Counted from the first letter of the stretch, positions 19,821 to 31,106 are shown. The stretch: DNA of 64,000 bases from an uncultured Verrucomicrobiae bacterium (GCA_963707025.1 CAVPOM010000005.1:512001-576000); one strand, 5' to 3'. Notes: generated by a model from the sequence alone, not told the origin. Translations and numbers: made by a program.

Positions 19821-22800
19821 GGCGTGACGATTCGATAGAAGCGGTGGGGCGCAGTTGCGGCGGCGGGATCAACCAAAGTGAAGGGGGCGGCGGCGGGCAC
19901 ATTGGTGCTCACCGGGGTCCAATTGATCAGGTCGCTGCTGGCCTGCAAGATGTAGGTTTGCCCCGCCGGCCCCCAATACTGGATCTGGAATGAGCCGTTG
20001 GCCAGGAAGGCGGGAGCAAAGAAATTGTTCAGCGGCGGCACAATGGTGAACAATCCCGACACGGCCACGCTGTTGACATAGCCGGCTTCAAAGGCGTTGG
20101 CCTTGACCGTCGCGCTGGAGGCCAGGTTGAACGGCCCGCTGTAAGGGGTGGAATTGGTGGTCGGCAGCGTGCCGTCCAGCGTGTAGTAAAGGGCCGCAAT
20201 CCCGTCCGGGGGCTGCAACGCCAGGGTCACTTGATTGGTGAAAATGCCGGAGGCGGGCGTGAGGACCGGCGGGGCCAGGGCCGGGGTGCCGCCCAGGCTG
20301 TTGATCCAGTCGGCCAGCTCCGCCACCGCGTTGCTGTCAATGGTGTTTCTGGCCAGCGGCGGCATTTGGTGGTTCGCATCCAGCGTGTTCATCCGGTCGT
20401 AAAGGACCGACCGCCATACGTCCGAGGGCGCGACAATTTTGGCGTTGTCGTAACCCAGCGAATGGGCGGCCGGGACGTTGATGATGTTCTGATTGGTCAG
20501 GGGAGTGTCGTAACGGGCGTCGAAGGTGATGCCGGTGCCGCCGGGCTGATGGCACTGGGCGCAGTTGGCGTCCAAATAGGAGCGGGCGCGCTGGACGAGC
20601 GGGGCGTTCTGGTTGGTCACACTCGACAGTTGCTCGTAGTTGGCGATGTTCGCCTCGTCGAAGGCGGGATAGAAAAGACCGAGGCGGTTCAACGCGCGCA
20701 ACTGGTTGTCGGCAACCCCGGTGGCCGGATAAGTGTTGGCGCCGTTGAGTTGGCGCGTATTCAGGCCCAAAACGTAACCGGCCACCGCGGTATGGCAGGT
20801 CAGACAATCCGCCGGGCTGGGATAGTACCAGTTCTGTGTCGCCACGCCGGTGGCGTTGGTGACGAGGATGGCTTCCGTCAGGCTGCCGGTGAGCAGGTCG
20901 GCCTCGCTGTTGTCCGGCCGCCATTTGTAGGTCACGCCATAGACGGCGCCGTTGGTGTCGCGCACCAGGAGCCGGGTTTCCAGGCGGCGCAGCGGGGTGT
21001 CCGGGTTGGTTTCATCCACCACAAGATCAAAGTTTTTGACAAAGACGGTGCCGGATGGAAAGGTCCACTGGCCCGTGGCCGCAAAGCCAATTTGCCGGGA
21101 CGGCGGGATCAGTCCGCCGCTGTACGGCACACCCAGATAACGGCTTTTGACCGCGCTGTCCGACCAGAGGGGGGTGTTGGGCACATAGGGAATCAAGCCG
21201 GGGGCGGGAAGGCGGTTGGAGGTGTTGGCAAAGGCGCCTGTCTCTGAAAGGAGCAAGGGGATGGACCCCGTGTAGGCGCCGGGCATGTTCTGGTTCAAGA
21301 ACGGCGCCAGCGCCCCATTGGTGGTCAAACCGTAGGCAAGCCCGCTGGCGGCGGCGACGGTGATGCTGACCGGGGCCGAAGTGCTGCTCAGGCCGCTCCC
21401 ATCGGTGGCCGTGGCCGTCAAGGTGTAACTGCCGGCCGGCAAACCGGTGGCCGTCAAAGAATAGGGCGCATTGCTGACGTTCCCGAGGATGACGCCGTTG
21501 GTGTAGAAGCTGACATAACTCAAAGGATTGTAAAGGGTGTCGGCCTCGGCACTGAACGAAACGCTGGCGGCGGCGGTGAAGGTCGAGCCGTTGGTCGGAG
21601 CCGACAGGAGGACGGCGGGAGGCGGGTTGGCGACCGGAAAAAGCTGGGTTTGCGGGATGAAGTTTTGCGGGGTGGACGGGCTGCTCCAGGAAAGCTGGGC
21701 CACGGCCCCGCCGGTTTGGTTGTAGAAATCCATCTCGATGTTATATCGCTCCTGGGCAAGGAGAGGAATGGAGTTGCTCCAAGCGGTCGCGGGCTGGTTG
21801 ACCCACTCATTAATCAGCAACTGGCCGTTGACATAGAGACGGACCCCGCTGTCGGTCTTGGTGGTGAAAGTGTAGGTTTCATTGAATTGGGGTTGGATTG
21901 ATCCGGTCCAACGCACGGCAAAATCGGTCAGGCCGATGGAGGGATCGGGCGGGGTGGCGGTCCAGTTAAAATCAATGGCCGCATCCGTGCGAACCAGGGT
22001 TGGCGGAACTGAAAAGGACGAGTTGGTGAAGGCCACGCTGGTCACATTGGACCAATAGGAACCGAGCAAGCCGGTGCCGCTGCCAATGGCCGAGCTGTCC
22101 ACAAAGCCGGCGCTGGCCACCCCGCTGTTGACGGCCCCAGGCTGGGCCGCGATGGCATGCACGCTGGCGCTGGTCGTCAGGACGAACGGGCCGGCATAGA
22201 GCAGCGAGTTGGTGGTGGGGGTGGTTCCATCCAAAGTGTAGTAAAGGGTCGAGTTGGGCGTGGCATCCGAGAGGGTCACCGTCACCGAATTGGTGAACAA
22301 GCCGCCGGCCGGCGCGATCAGCGGTGTGGCCAGGAACAGGCTGTTGCCAAAGATGGACAGGGCATATTGGGCGGGGAGGAAGACCTTTCCGTTGACCACG
22401 GTGGGGGTGGTCATTTGAATGGCCCCGCCGGGATTGTCGCGGGCTGGATTCTGGCTGCTGTTGTACAGTTCCAGCGCCAGGTTGGTCGCATTGTAAGCGT
22501 GCAAAACGGCCGGCCCGCTGCTGGCGAAGGCATCGGATTGGATCGTCCAGACGATGCCGTTGTTGGTGCCATTGGCCGAAATGGAGGGCGTGCCACCCAG
22601 GGCGCTGAAACTGGTCCTGGCCTTGGAGACGGGTGCGGCGACAATGACGCCGTTGGTGATGAGGAACCCTTTGGTCACGTCGCCGGCGCCTTGATAATAA
22701 ATCTGATTGTTGAAGTAAGCCGGTGAACTGAAGGCGCTGCCGATGGCGTAGGGCACCTCCTGCACGATTTGACTGTCGTTGGCCGCATTGAACTGTCCCA

Positions 22801-25800
22801 TGTTGTCCCGATCCACAAGGTGGAGCGTGCCTTCTTTTCCCGCCCCCACGATCAGGTGGGGATGCGCCGCGCTGCCCGCCGAATCGGGCAACAACATTGG
22901 ACCGCCCGATCCCAAGTCCGTGTCGCCCGCGGCCAGGCTTTCCTGATTGTAGGGAGTGAAATAATCCGCCACCGCCAGGCCGCCGTTGGTGGTCGAAAGT
23001 TTCACAAAACTATCCGAATAGTCCCCCCCGTTGGTATTGGCGGTGAAACTGCCGTTGGCGGTTTCAAAGTAAAGATTGGTGTTGGCGTCAACGGACAGTC
23101 CGTTACCACCCATCCAGAGCGCGCCTTCCGCGGCGTTGGCGCCAAAGTCCGCGATGCTGGCGTTTGGCGTGGTGCAAAAGGCGTAGCTGGCCGACTGCGC
23201 AAGATTGGTTTTGTTAAAACCCAGGACCCAGCCATGATAGGGATCGGTGTCCGCAAAGCTTCCGTAGGAGACATATAACATGCCGCCGGCCAGAGTCATC
23301 CCGGGGCGCTGATTCTCCTGCCGCGGATTAAAGCCGACCACGTTGTTGGTGCTGTCCACGCCCGTCCCGGGAAACGAATTGGTGACCACCACCGGGCTGT
23401 AGGGTTGGCCGGTCCCGTTGGTGATGTTCAAGGCGTGAACCCAGTGGTAATAGTTGGTGGTCGCCCCAACCACCCGGGTGCGCACATCCACATAGAGCGT
23501 GCCCGAAGCCAGGTCTATGGCGGGCGTGCCGGTGATGCCGACTTCCGGGACGATGTCGGTGTATTGGCCCCCGTTGTAACGGTCGCCAAATTCGTGGTTA
23601 TCGCTCAAGGCCGAAGTCCCCAGGTTGGCATGCCAGAGCAATCCCCCGTTGCTCCCCGCTGCGCTGTCCGCATCGAAGGCATAGACGCTGTTATGCTCGG
23701 TGGCGACGAAGACCGCGTTGTGCGTGCCTTGTCCGGGGATGACCAGACCGGACACGTACAACGGCTGGGCGTAAATGTAGCCATCCACCGGATAAGTGAT
23801 CAAACGGCCGAAAGTGGACACATTCACATTGGCAAGGGTCAGCAGCACTTCATTGGTATTGGCGCCCTGGCGTGTATTGTCGTTGTGATAAGTCAGGACA
23901 TTGAGCGCGGCAGGATCGGGCGGAGGAAGGATGGTCAACACGGAGGGCGAACTGTTGGTCAGTCCGAAACTGTTGGAAGCCGCCAGCGTATAGCTTCCCG
24001 CCTCGCCGGCCTGCAAGGAGGCCAGCGTCAGGCTGCTGGCCGTGGCGTTGAGAATGTTGACGCCGTTGTGCTGCCACTGCAATTGAATCGGCGGCGTGCC
24101 GTCCACCCCCGCGGTGAAGGTGACCAAGCCGCCGGTATAATTGGTGGCCGCCGCCGGCGCCGGTTCCTGCGTGAAAATGGGCGCTCCCGCGGGGTTTACT
24201 GTCAAAACTACTGTTGCGCTCTGATTGGTGCCCGAACCGTTGCCCACCACCACATCATAACTGCCCGAATTGGCCGCCAGCGCGTTGGTCAAAACCAGGG
24301 AGGCGTTGGTTGCGCCAGTCAAGTTTGTCCCGTCATCCTGCCATTGGTACTGAAACGGCGCCAGGCCCAGCACCGTGGCGCTCAGCGTCACGCTGGTGCC
24401 GGCAAACACGGTGTTGGAGGGCGAAGCCGCCGGCGCGCCCACCTGCGGAGCGCCCCCGGCGGCGTTAAAATAGAGGCCCAAGACCTGTGCCGGCGTGAGT
24501 GCGCAGTTGAAAATGGCCACTTCGTCCATCACGCCGTTGAAGGTGCGGGCGCCGTTCCCGCCGTCCGCGGTGTCGCCTCCGATCAGCGTGTTTGCCGCAA
24601 AAGCCTCGGCGGTGCTCGCGACGGCATTGGTCGCGGAGGACTGGCCGTTGGAATTGCAAAGCCAGACGACCGCGTTGGAGGGCGACACCACCAGCGCGAT
24701 AAACGACCATTGCCCTACCGGCGGCACCAGCCCCGAGCTGGCCCAACCCCACGTATCCTGGTTGTTTTGGTTCCAAGTGTAGCCGAGTTGTCCGCCGGTG
24801 CTGAAGCAGAAGCCGGATGCGTCCGAACCGTTGCGGCAAAACACCAACCCGGCCGCGTTGGCCGGAGTGGTGGCCGGGTAAATCCAGGCCGTGATCGTCA
24901 CGTTGTTGGTGTTCAAGTCCAGGGCGGGCAGGGTGACATAGGAATTGGCCACGCCATTGCTGAACCGCGCGGCGGTGTTGTTGGTTTCAAGACCAGGGAA
25001 GCCAATGGCTGGTGTCGGGCCCGGAACTCCATCCGCCGCGGCGGCGCCGTAAGTTCCGTTGAAATGGCTCATGTCGTCAACCGCCACCACCGTCCCGCCG
25101 GCAGGATTGGCCGTCTCGTTCAACCTCCAGTAACCCACCGGATTTGCGGCCAGCGCCGCGCCGGGGAACGCTGGCAGGGGCAACACCGCGAGCGACGCCA
25201 CGCTGCTGGCCACCGGACCTCCCACGGAGTTTGTGGCGAGAACCTTGTAGCTGCCCGCGTTAGCCGCTTGCAGGCGGGTCAGGGTCAGCGACGCATTGGT
25301 GGCGTTTGGGATGTTGGTCATGCCGCCCCCCGTATTGGCCTGCCATTGGCACGCAATCGGCAACGTGCCATTAAAAGCGGCCGAAAAAGTTTGTTGTCCC
25401 CCGGCGTAAGCCACCGCCGAACTCGGCATAATGTCCGACACCAGCACCGGAACGCTCGCCGCCGCCACATTGAGCGCCGCCACCGCGCTGGTGGCTGCGC
25501 CGGCCGAATTGGTCACCACCACATCATAATTATAAGTGGCCGCGGGGAAGCTGCCCGTGTTGATGGTCAGATTTGAAACGGTCGCGCCGGGGATGTTGGT
25601 GCGCGCGCCTGCGCTGCCGCCGTCAGTCCGCCAATGATAAAACAGCGGTGTGGCGCCGGTCGCCACCTCGGTCAGCGTCAGCGGCGTTCCCGCGTAGATG
25701 GGAGTATTGGTGGGCGCAATCACGGGCCTGGCGGGGACCGGCGGCCCGACCGAGGCCGTGTCAATAATTTGAATCCCCATCATGGCGACATTGCCGTCAG

Positions 25801-26419
25801 GGGTCTGCCCGGTTATGGTAAAGCCGGCGCCTGTGACGCCGGTGAACTCCACATAATTGGCTTGCATCTGAGTGCCCTCCGCCAACTCGGTCGTTTGAGT
25901 GTCCAGGACGTAAGGCGGGATCACGTCACCGTTCCCATCAAATACCGCCCCCCAATAAATGGTTGATCCCAGGGTCAAGCCATAGCGGCGATTGGGGTGA
26001 TTATCATTGAGCATATAGACATAAACATTATAGCTGGCATAGGGGATGCCTGTCGCCGCCACCGTGTAACCGCTCCCGCTCCAAAATCCTCCGGACATCA
26101 TGATGCCATCGGGCGTGCTTTGCGAGTCGCCCGAAGCATACTGGCTGTTATTATATTGGACAGTGATGGAAGCCGCGGTTGCGGTTCCCGTGCTGTCCAC
26201 CAAACCAGCCTGGGTTCCCCCCGAGGCGTGGTCATCCACGTTCCAATTGTCGAGCGGATAGGCGCCGGCAATCTGTGCGGCCGAGAGCACCCCGGGAGTA
26301 TTCCCCCCCCCTGCCTTGCCTTCAAACTGCACGCTAATGCCCGGCTGGGCATGCGCCGGCGTGGTGGTCGCGGCGGCCAAGGCAACAGCACTGAGCAGGG
26401 TGACGAGCCGTTTTTTCAT
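19817..26419 (-). CDS. ~2200-aa secreted multidomain protein: Ig-like, LamG, PQQ-like propeller, Fn3-associated/CHB_HEX_C, PA14, Big and diheme cytochrome c domains
   Basis: Signal peptide MKKRLVTLL...AHA; LamG 'FNGVMDEVAIFNCALT'; propeller-type 'VLTYHNDNTRQGANTNE...VATEHNSVYAFDAD'; PA14 'FAVRWTGSIQPQFNETYTF'; two CxxCH motifs (CLTCH, CAQCH); ends 'RFYRIVTP'. Confidence 0.85.
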   Translation of the reverse strand: MKKRLVTLLSAVALAAATTTPAHAQPGISVQFEGKAGGGNTPGVLSAAQIAGAYPLDNWNVDDHASGGTQAGLVDSTGTATAASITVQYNNSQYASGDSQSTPDGIMMSGGFWSGSGYTVAATGIPYASYNVYVYMLNDNHPNRRYGLTLGSTIYWGAVFDGNGDVIPPYVLDTQTTELAEGTQMQANYVEFTGVTGAGFTITGQTPDGNVAMMGIQIIDTASVGPPVPARPVIAPTNTPIYAGTPLTLTEVATGATPLFYHWRTDGGSAGARTNIPGATVSNLTINTGSFPAATYNYDVVVTNSAGAATSAVAALNVAAASVPVLVSDIMPSSAVAYAGGQQTFSAAFNGTLPIACQWQANTGGGMTNIPNATNASLTLTRLQAANAGSYKVLATNSVGGPVASSVASLAVLPLPAFPGAALAANPVGYWRLNETANPAGGTVVAVDDMSHFNGTYGAAAADGVPGPTPAIGFPGLETNNTAARFSNGVANSYVTLPALDLNTNNVTITAWIYPATTPANAAGLVFCRNGSDASGFCFSTGGQLGYTWNQNNQDTWGWASSGLVPPVGQWSFIALVVSPSNAVVWLCNSNGQSSATNAVASTAEAFAANTLIGGDTADGGNGARTFNGVMDEVAIFNCALTPAQVLGLYFNAAGGAPQVGAPAASPSNTVFAGTSVTLSATVLGLAPFQYQWQDDGTNLTGATNASLVLTNALAANSGSYDVVVGNGSGTNQSATVVLTVNPAGAPIFTQEPAPAAATNYTGGLVTFTAGVDGTPPIQLQWQHNGVNILNATASSLTLASLQAGEAGSYTLAASNSFGLTNSSPSVLTILPPPDPAALNVLTYHNDNTRQGANTNEVLLTLANVNVSTFGRLITYPVDGYIYAQPLYVSGLVIPGQGTHNAVFVATEHNSVYAFDADSAAGSNGGLLWHANLGTSALSDNHEFGDRYNGGQYTDIVPEVGITGTPAIDLASGTLYVDVRTRVVGATTNYYHWVHALNITNGTGQPYSPVVVTNSFPGTGVDSTNNVVGFNPRQENQRPGMTLAGGMLYVSYGSFADTDPYHGWVLGFNKTNLAQSASYAFCTTPNASIADFGANAAEGALWMGGNGLSVDANTNLYFETANGSFTANTNGGDYSDSFVKLSTTNGGLAVADYFTPYNQESLAAGDTDLGSGGPMLLPDSAGSAAHPHLIVGAGKEGTLHLVDRDNMGQFNAANDSQIVQEVPYAIGSAFSSPAYFNNQIYYQGAGDVTKGFLITNGVIVAAPVSKARTSFSALGGTPSISANGTNNGIVWTIQSDAFASSGPAVLHAYNATNLALELYNSSQNPARDNPGGAIQMTTPTVVNGKVFLPAQYALSIFGNSLFLATPLIAPAGGLFTNSVTVTLSDATPNSTLYYTLDGTTPTTNSLLYAGPFVLTTSASVHAIAAQPGAVNSGVASAGFVDSSAIGSGTGLLGSYWSNVTSVAFTNSSFSVPPTLVRTDAAIDFNWTATPPDPSIGLTDFAVRWTGSIQPQFNETYTFTTKTDSGVRLYVNGQLLINEWVNQPATAWSNSIPLLAQERYNIEMDFYNQTGGAVAQLSWSSPSTPQNFIPQTQLFPVANPPPAVLLSAPTNGSTFTAAASVSFSAEADTLYNPLSYVSFYTNGVILGNVSNAPYSLTATGLPAGSYTLTATATDGSGLSSTSAPVSITVAAASGLAYGLTTNGALAPFLNQNMPGAYTGSIPLLLSETGAFANTSNRLPAPGLIPYVPNTPLWSDSAVKSRYLGVPYSGGLIPPSRQIGFAATGQWTFPSGTVFVKNFDLVVDETNPDTPLRRLETRLLVRDTNGAVYGVTYKWRPDNSEADLLTGSLTEAILVTNATGVATQNWYYPSPADCLTCHTAVAGYVLGLNTRQLNGANTYPATGVADNQLRALNRLGLFYPAFDEANIANYEQLSSVTNQNAPLVQRARSYLDANCAQCHQPGGTGITFDARYDTPLTNQNIINVPAAHSLGYDNAKIVAPSDVWRSVLYDRMNTLDANHQMPPLARNTIDSNAVAELADWINSLGGTPALAPPVLTPASGIFTNQVTLALQPPDGIAALYYTLDGTLPTTNSTPYSGPFNLASSATVKANAFEAGYVNSVAVSGLFTIVPPLNNFFAPAFLANGSFQIQYWGPAGQTYILQASSDLINWTPVSTNVPAAAPFTLVDPAAATAPHRFYRIVTP

Positions 26420-26863
26420 GCCTGAATTCAGACTGGGGACAGATAGCCGGGGGAAAAGGGCGGTCCGTTGCCCCGGCCGGGTTGGAGCAGGCGCGGGGAT
26501 TGCCGGCAGCCGTTGCCATTGGCGCAAGCCAGCCCTTGCCGCCAGCTCCGGCAAGCATGGCCTGCTAAACCACCATGTGGCCCAACCACACCTCCGCCCC
26601 GTGGTTGCGCCATCGTTTCCTGCGAGATCAGATTCGGGCATCAGACAACCATTCACCGCGGGCTGGATTGCGACAACTGCACATCTCAGGGAACGCCGCT
26701 TCAAATGTTATCATCATTATTAGCACAAGTGTCGCCGGTCGTAAAGCAAATTCCTCTGCGCAAGCCATTTCGGGCATTTTCCCTCTCTCCCCATGGGGAG
26801 CGCAGGCCGCCTCCAAGCCGGCTTTTGGCGGGCATTGGGGGGGAACCCAAAATGCGCAGCAAA

Positions 26864-26920
26864 CGGATCATGTGCGGGCTTTGTCCCGCGGGCCCCTGCC
26901 CTCTGTGAGCACGAAAAGAA
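26864..26920. repeat. 57-bp direct repeat, copy 2
   Basis: 49/57 identical to 13141-13197, same orientation. Confidence 0.75.
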
Positions 26921-27167
26921 AAGACTTTATCCATCCGGCCTGCCCGGCTGGGCGTGGCTGGCTCCTGCTACTCCCGCCGCCAAAGGCGAGTGGTTTTCCC
27001 GGGTGCGCCCTGTGAACAACCGGTGAACAACTTCTCTTTGACGGCTTGCGGCCCAACGCATAAACTAAAGGGTGCGAAAGAATTTTGGATAAGGGGACAA
27101 GGATTTGCCGAGTGGAATGTTGGTGGCGGGCGATAACGAATAACAAACGAAAAGAAAGGAAGTTCGC

Positions 27168-27443
27168 ATGGCAAGGAAAAATCAAATCAAGCAGCAATCC
27201 TTCTCCTTCACCGCGCCCACGGCATTAAGCGTGCAGTTGGTGGGGGATTTCACACAATGGGAACAACATCCGATCAACCTGCGCAAAGCCGCGGACGGCA
27301 TTTGGCGGGCCACGGTGGGGCTGGAGCCGGGCGAGCACCATTATCGGTTCCTGGTGGATGGCCATTGGCGGGACGATCCCGAGTCGGTTTGGCGGGTGCA
27401 AAATCCGTACGGCTCTGAGAATTCGGTGCGCCAGGTTGTCTGA
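27168..27443 (+). CDS. Stand-alone CBM48/AMPK-type glycogen-binding domain protein
   Basis: 'SVQLVGDFTQW...GIW...LEPGEHHYRFLVDGHW..DP...NPYGSENS'. Confidence 0.9.
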   Translation: MARKNQIKQQSFSFTAPTALSVQLVGDFTQWEQHPINLRKAADGIWRATVGLEPGEHHYRFLVDGHWRDDPESVWRVQNPYGSENSVRQVV

Positions 27444-27449
27444 CCTGTC

Positions 27450-27680
27450 ATCAAACTCCAGAAGCCGCCGGTCAAAGAAGAACGGCCGCCGGTCATCGGC
27501 CCGCTGGCGTCGTGCTGGCCGATGGTGCCGCTGAGGGAATAGTGGCCGTTGCTGCTCGTGCCGCCGCCGCCGCTGATTTTATACCAGCCAATGGAGTATT
27601 GTTGGGCGTGGAGGGCCGGGGCCAGCAGACCCAGCGCCAGGGTGAAGCCAAGAAGTTCTTTCAGAGTGTTGATAATTAGG
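27450..27680 (-). pseudogene. Decayed copy of the small secreted partner protein (paralogue of 35925-36377)
   Basis: Reads 'ALHAQQYSIGWYKISGGGGTSSNGHYSLSGTIGQHDA...LTGGFWSL'; no ATG at the paralogous position and the C-terminal domain is absent. Confidence 0.8.
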
Positions 27681-28838
27681 ATGCGTTGATCGGGTTAATT
27701 GCCAACCGTGGCGGCACCACCCCCCGCGGTTATAGTCATCGGTTTGGAGATGGTCAGGGTTTCAGAACTCGATCCCGCCGTCTTTATGAAAATAGTTCCG
27801 TAGTTGGAGACCGCATTCACTGCTTTGGTCATAGTGTTGAAAGGGGTGTCATAAGCTCCATCCTGAATCGTCCCGGTGAAGTTGAAATCAACAAAGCAGG
27901 GGCCGGCGTAACCAACCAGGGCATTAATCAAATTGGTGCCAGTGGGCGATCCCCATCCGGTGCAAAGATCGTAACCAGGTGCGGCATAGTAAACATTGGG
28001 ACTATTGCTCCAAGTATTGTTTCCATTCGTGATGTCATGGAAGCAACTGGCATAACCGGAGCCCTTGGCAATGGCGTAAAGGGCGGGATTAATAAAGCCA
28101 TCGCGTGGTTTTCCCTGCGCCGTGGCTTGCTGATTTACCAGCGCGTTGAAGCCCGCCCAAAGCGGGGAGGCAAAGCTGGTTCCCCAGGAAGTCCAAGCCG
28201 TTCCCGGACTGGCCACGCCATTGGTGCTGTAAACGGTCAGTATCACCAGAATTTGGTCCGCAACCATCGCAACGTCCGGACCATTTCTAAACTGAGTCGA
28301 GCCCATATTGGCCGTCATACTGATCCCCAATTGGTAATCTGGAATGGGCTCGTTGGTGAAGTATCCACCGGCGCTGGCGAATTGCCCCCCCTCGCTGGGG
28401 TTGTTCCAGACAGTCTCGGCACTCCAATACCCGCCGGAATTGGTCAACTCCGTTCCACCCACTTGGGTAATGTCTGGCTCGGCATTTTCATTACTGGAAG
28501 CATCTCCTGACTGCGTCGGAAAGGCACCCCCGTCCCCCAGGGCCAAAAAGAAAGACTGCCCCTGGATGGCAAATCGAACGAAGTTGTTAATGGACGCCGA
28601 GTCTGGCGAAAAGACCCAGGAACAATTTATCTGATGAGGCAGTGGTTCACCCTGCTCAGGCTCGGCCATTTCGTCAAAAATAGTGTTGCCAGATCCATCA
28701 GCGCCGGGGTCGCCTTCATAGACATTCAGAGCTTTGATTCCCGGGGCCATGGCCAACACCATCTCAATGTCCCCGGAGATTTCGACATCATTTGGTTGTG
28801 GGGCCTGATTGTTGGTGATATCATTCAAAAACACATTG

Positions 28839-30289
28839 CACAGCCATCCCACAGGAAATTGGAAAAAAGTGTTGGCTTGACCATTTGAACCTGCCACAAG
28901 GCAGGCATGAAAAACAAAAAAATCAAACCAACACGGTCCCGGTTTAACGTTTTGCGCCAGATTTGCAATCTCATTCCTGCGCATGAAGTCTCCAAAATAG
29001 CGCGGGAGACCGGGGCTCTGGATAAGTCGCGCACCTTCAGTCCGTGGAGTCACACGGTCAGTTTGCTGGACGCGCAACTCACCCATTGCATCGGACTCAA
29101 CGATCTGTGCGACTCGCTGCAATTGCATTCCGGGCCGCTGTCCACTTTGCGCGGCGCCAGCGCCCCCAGCCGCAACGGCCTCTCCCACGCCAACCGGGAG
29201 CGTCCGGCCCAGATGGCCGAACAACTCTTCTGGCGGGTCCTGGAGCATTTGAAAGCACAGACGCCCGGCTTTGCCGCGGGCCAGCGCCGTGGCCCCGCCT
29301 TCCGTTTCAAGATGCCCATCCATGTGATTGATAGCACGACCATGGAACTGGTGGCCAACTGCCTGGACTGGGCCAAGCACCGCCGGCGCAAGGCCGCCGC
29401 CAAAACCCATATGCGGTTGAATCTGCAGAATCTTTTGCCCGGTTTTGTCATTGTGGACACTGCCGCCGAGCACGACAACCGACGGGCGCGGGAACTGTGC
29501 GCCGACTTGAAGAGCGGCGAAATCGCCTTGTTCGACAAGGGTTATGTGGACTTCGGCCACTTGCGGGATTTGGACGGGCGCGGGGTCTTTTGGGTGACGC
29601 GGGCCAAGGAGAACATGGGCTATGAGGTGGTGCGGAAAATGCCCGCCTCCAGAGACCCGAAGATTTTGCGCGACGAAGTGATCGTCCTGAGCAACGAGAA
29701 CAAACCCGCGCCGGAGTTGATGCGCCGGGTGGTGGCGCTGGTCGAGATTGATGGAGAGGAACGGGAAATGACCTTCCTGACCAACAACCTGGAGTGGAGT
29801 CCGCGCAGCGTGGCCGACCTTTACCGCTGCCGCTGGCAGATCGAAGTCTTCTTCAAACAAATCAAGCAGACCTTGCAGTTGGCGGATTTTCTGGGCCACA
29901 ACGCCAACGCCGTGCGCTGGCAGGTGTGGACGGCGCTGTTGACCTACGTGCTGTTGCGCTACCTCAGTCACCTCTCCAACTGGGCGCACAGCTTCACCCG
30001 GCTGTTCACGATTTTGCGGGCGGCGCTCTGGGAGAAATATGATCTGCTCAATTTGCTGGCGTGCTATGGGACAGCAGGCGGCAGCTTTCGCCACTTGGCG
30101 CGGCCCGAGCAGGCGTATTTCCCCGGCTTCCAATAAAGCTATGGGACAGCACACGCGCCCAAACAGGCGCATACCAAACCCAAAAGCCAAACTCGGAAAA
30201 ATCAAAATCTCATTTTACCCCGAAGACCAATTAAACCCTTGCAAATGAACAGGTCAGCACCAGACTTTTCCCCTTATGAGACGGGTGTG
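28839..30289 (+). mobile_element. IS4-family insertion sequence, copy 1 (1451 bp)
   Basis: 9-bp target duplication AACACATTG (28830-28838 and 30290-30298); imperfect inverted ends CACAGCCATCCCA / CACACCCGTCTCA. Confidence 0.93.
28907..30136 (+). CDS. IS4-family DDE transposase
   Basis: 'VIDSTT', 'LFDKGY', and the YREK signature 'LYRCRWQIEVFFKQIKQ'. Confidence 0.95.
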   Translation: MKNKKIKPTRSRFNVLRQICNLIPAHEVSKIARETGALDKSRTFSPWSHTVSLLDAQLTHCIGLNDLCDSLQLHSGPLSTLRGASAPSRNGLSHANRERPAQMAEQLFWRVLEHLKAQTPGFAAGQRRGPAFRFKMPIHVIDSTTMELVANCLDWAKHRRRKAAAKTHMRLNLQNLLPGFVIVDTAAEHDNRRARELCADLKSGEIALFDKGYVDFGHLRDLDGRGVFWVTRAKENMGYEVVRKMPASRDPKILRDEVIVLSNENKPAPELMRRVVALVEIDGEEREMTFLTNNLEWSPRSVADLYRCRWQIEVFFKQIKQTLQLADFLGHNANAVRWQVWTALLTYVLLRYLSHLSNWAHSFTRLFTILRAALWEKYDLLNLLACYGTAGGSFRHLARPEQAYFPGFQ

Positions 30290-31106
30290 AACACATTGTT
30301 AATCGTCGGGATGTCTGGATTACCCGCATTGGTTTCATATTGGTAGATATCACTGTAGTTGTAACCATTGTACTCAAACAAGCCAACCACTTCGCCGGCG
30401 CCATTAAGGGATGTCCCGGGAGCATAGGCACCCCGGAAATCGTTTCCACTAAAAAGGCCGCCACTGGAACCACCGTTGCCATAACTCGTCAGGTTCAATG
30501 CCTGGCGGGAGGTCACGGGTCTGCCCGAGCCATAGGGGTGTGGGATGATATAATTGTTCAAATCGCTGATGCACAGGACGGGGATGTCCTGGTCAACCGA
30601 CGGTTCGGTATCCGGCGCAAAAAAGGTGCGGGCCTCCGTGGGGTGCTGGTACACCAGCATTTTCAGATGCAGCGCCCTCTCGATGTCGGCCACCGAGGCC
30701 TTCACTTCCACCAAACTGCGGCTCGTGCGCGTACCCACAACTGTCCAGCCGTTGGTTTTGGCGAAATGGATGACCGCCTGATAATCCTCCGCAGACGGCC
30801 CAAACTTTTCCGTGAATTCTTCGGGTGTCAGATAGCGGTGGAAATTCGTGCCGGCCGGGTTATAGATGTCCCGGAATAAATTGCCTCGTGCTGCAGCATT
30901 GCGCGGCGGCAGATTGATCACGAGGTGCAACAGGTTGGTGGCGGCCAGCCAGGCCCAATGGCTGCAGGTTGAACTGCGCCACTGCGGCTGGCACATGACC
31001 CTGGAGCATTTGTCTTTCCGCCGCCGGGGCTGGGGTCGCGGGCAGTAAAACCAGCAACAGGCCTGCCGCCATTTTGGATAGTTTGTTTATCATAATCGCG
31101 CCTCGA

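Larger units (their letters stand above)
27695..31093 (-). pseudogene. S53 peptidase interrupted by an IS4-family element and an extra base at ~30951
   Basis: Signal peptide and pro-domain at 30290-31093, catalytic 'EISGD', 'GDGG', 'GTSFASP' at 27695-28838; the halves rejoin after removing the IS and one target duplication. Confidence 0.88.

Noticed and set aside
27695..30205. 836-aa ORF as a novel fusion protein
   Set aside because: It is the antisense frame of the IS4 transposase running by chance into the C-terminal half of the S53 gene.
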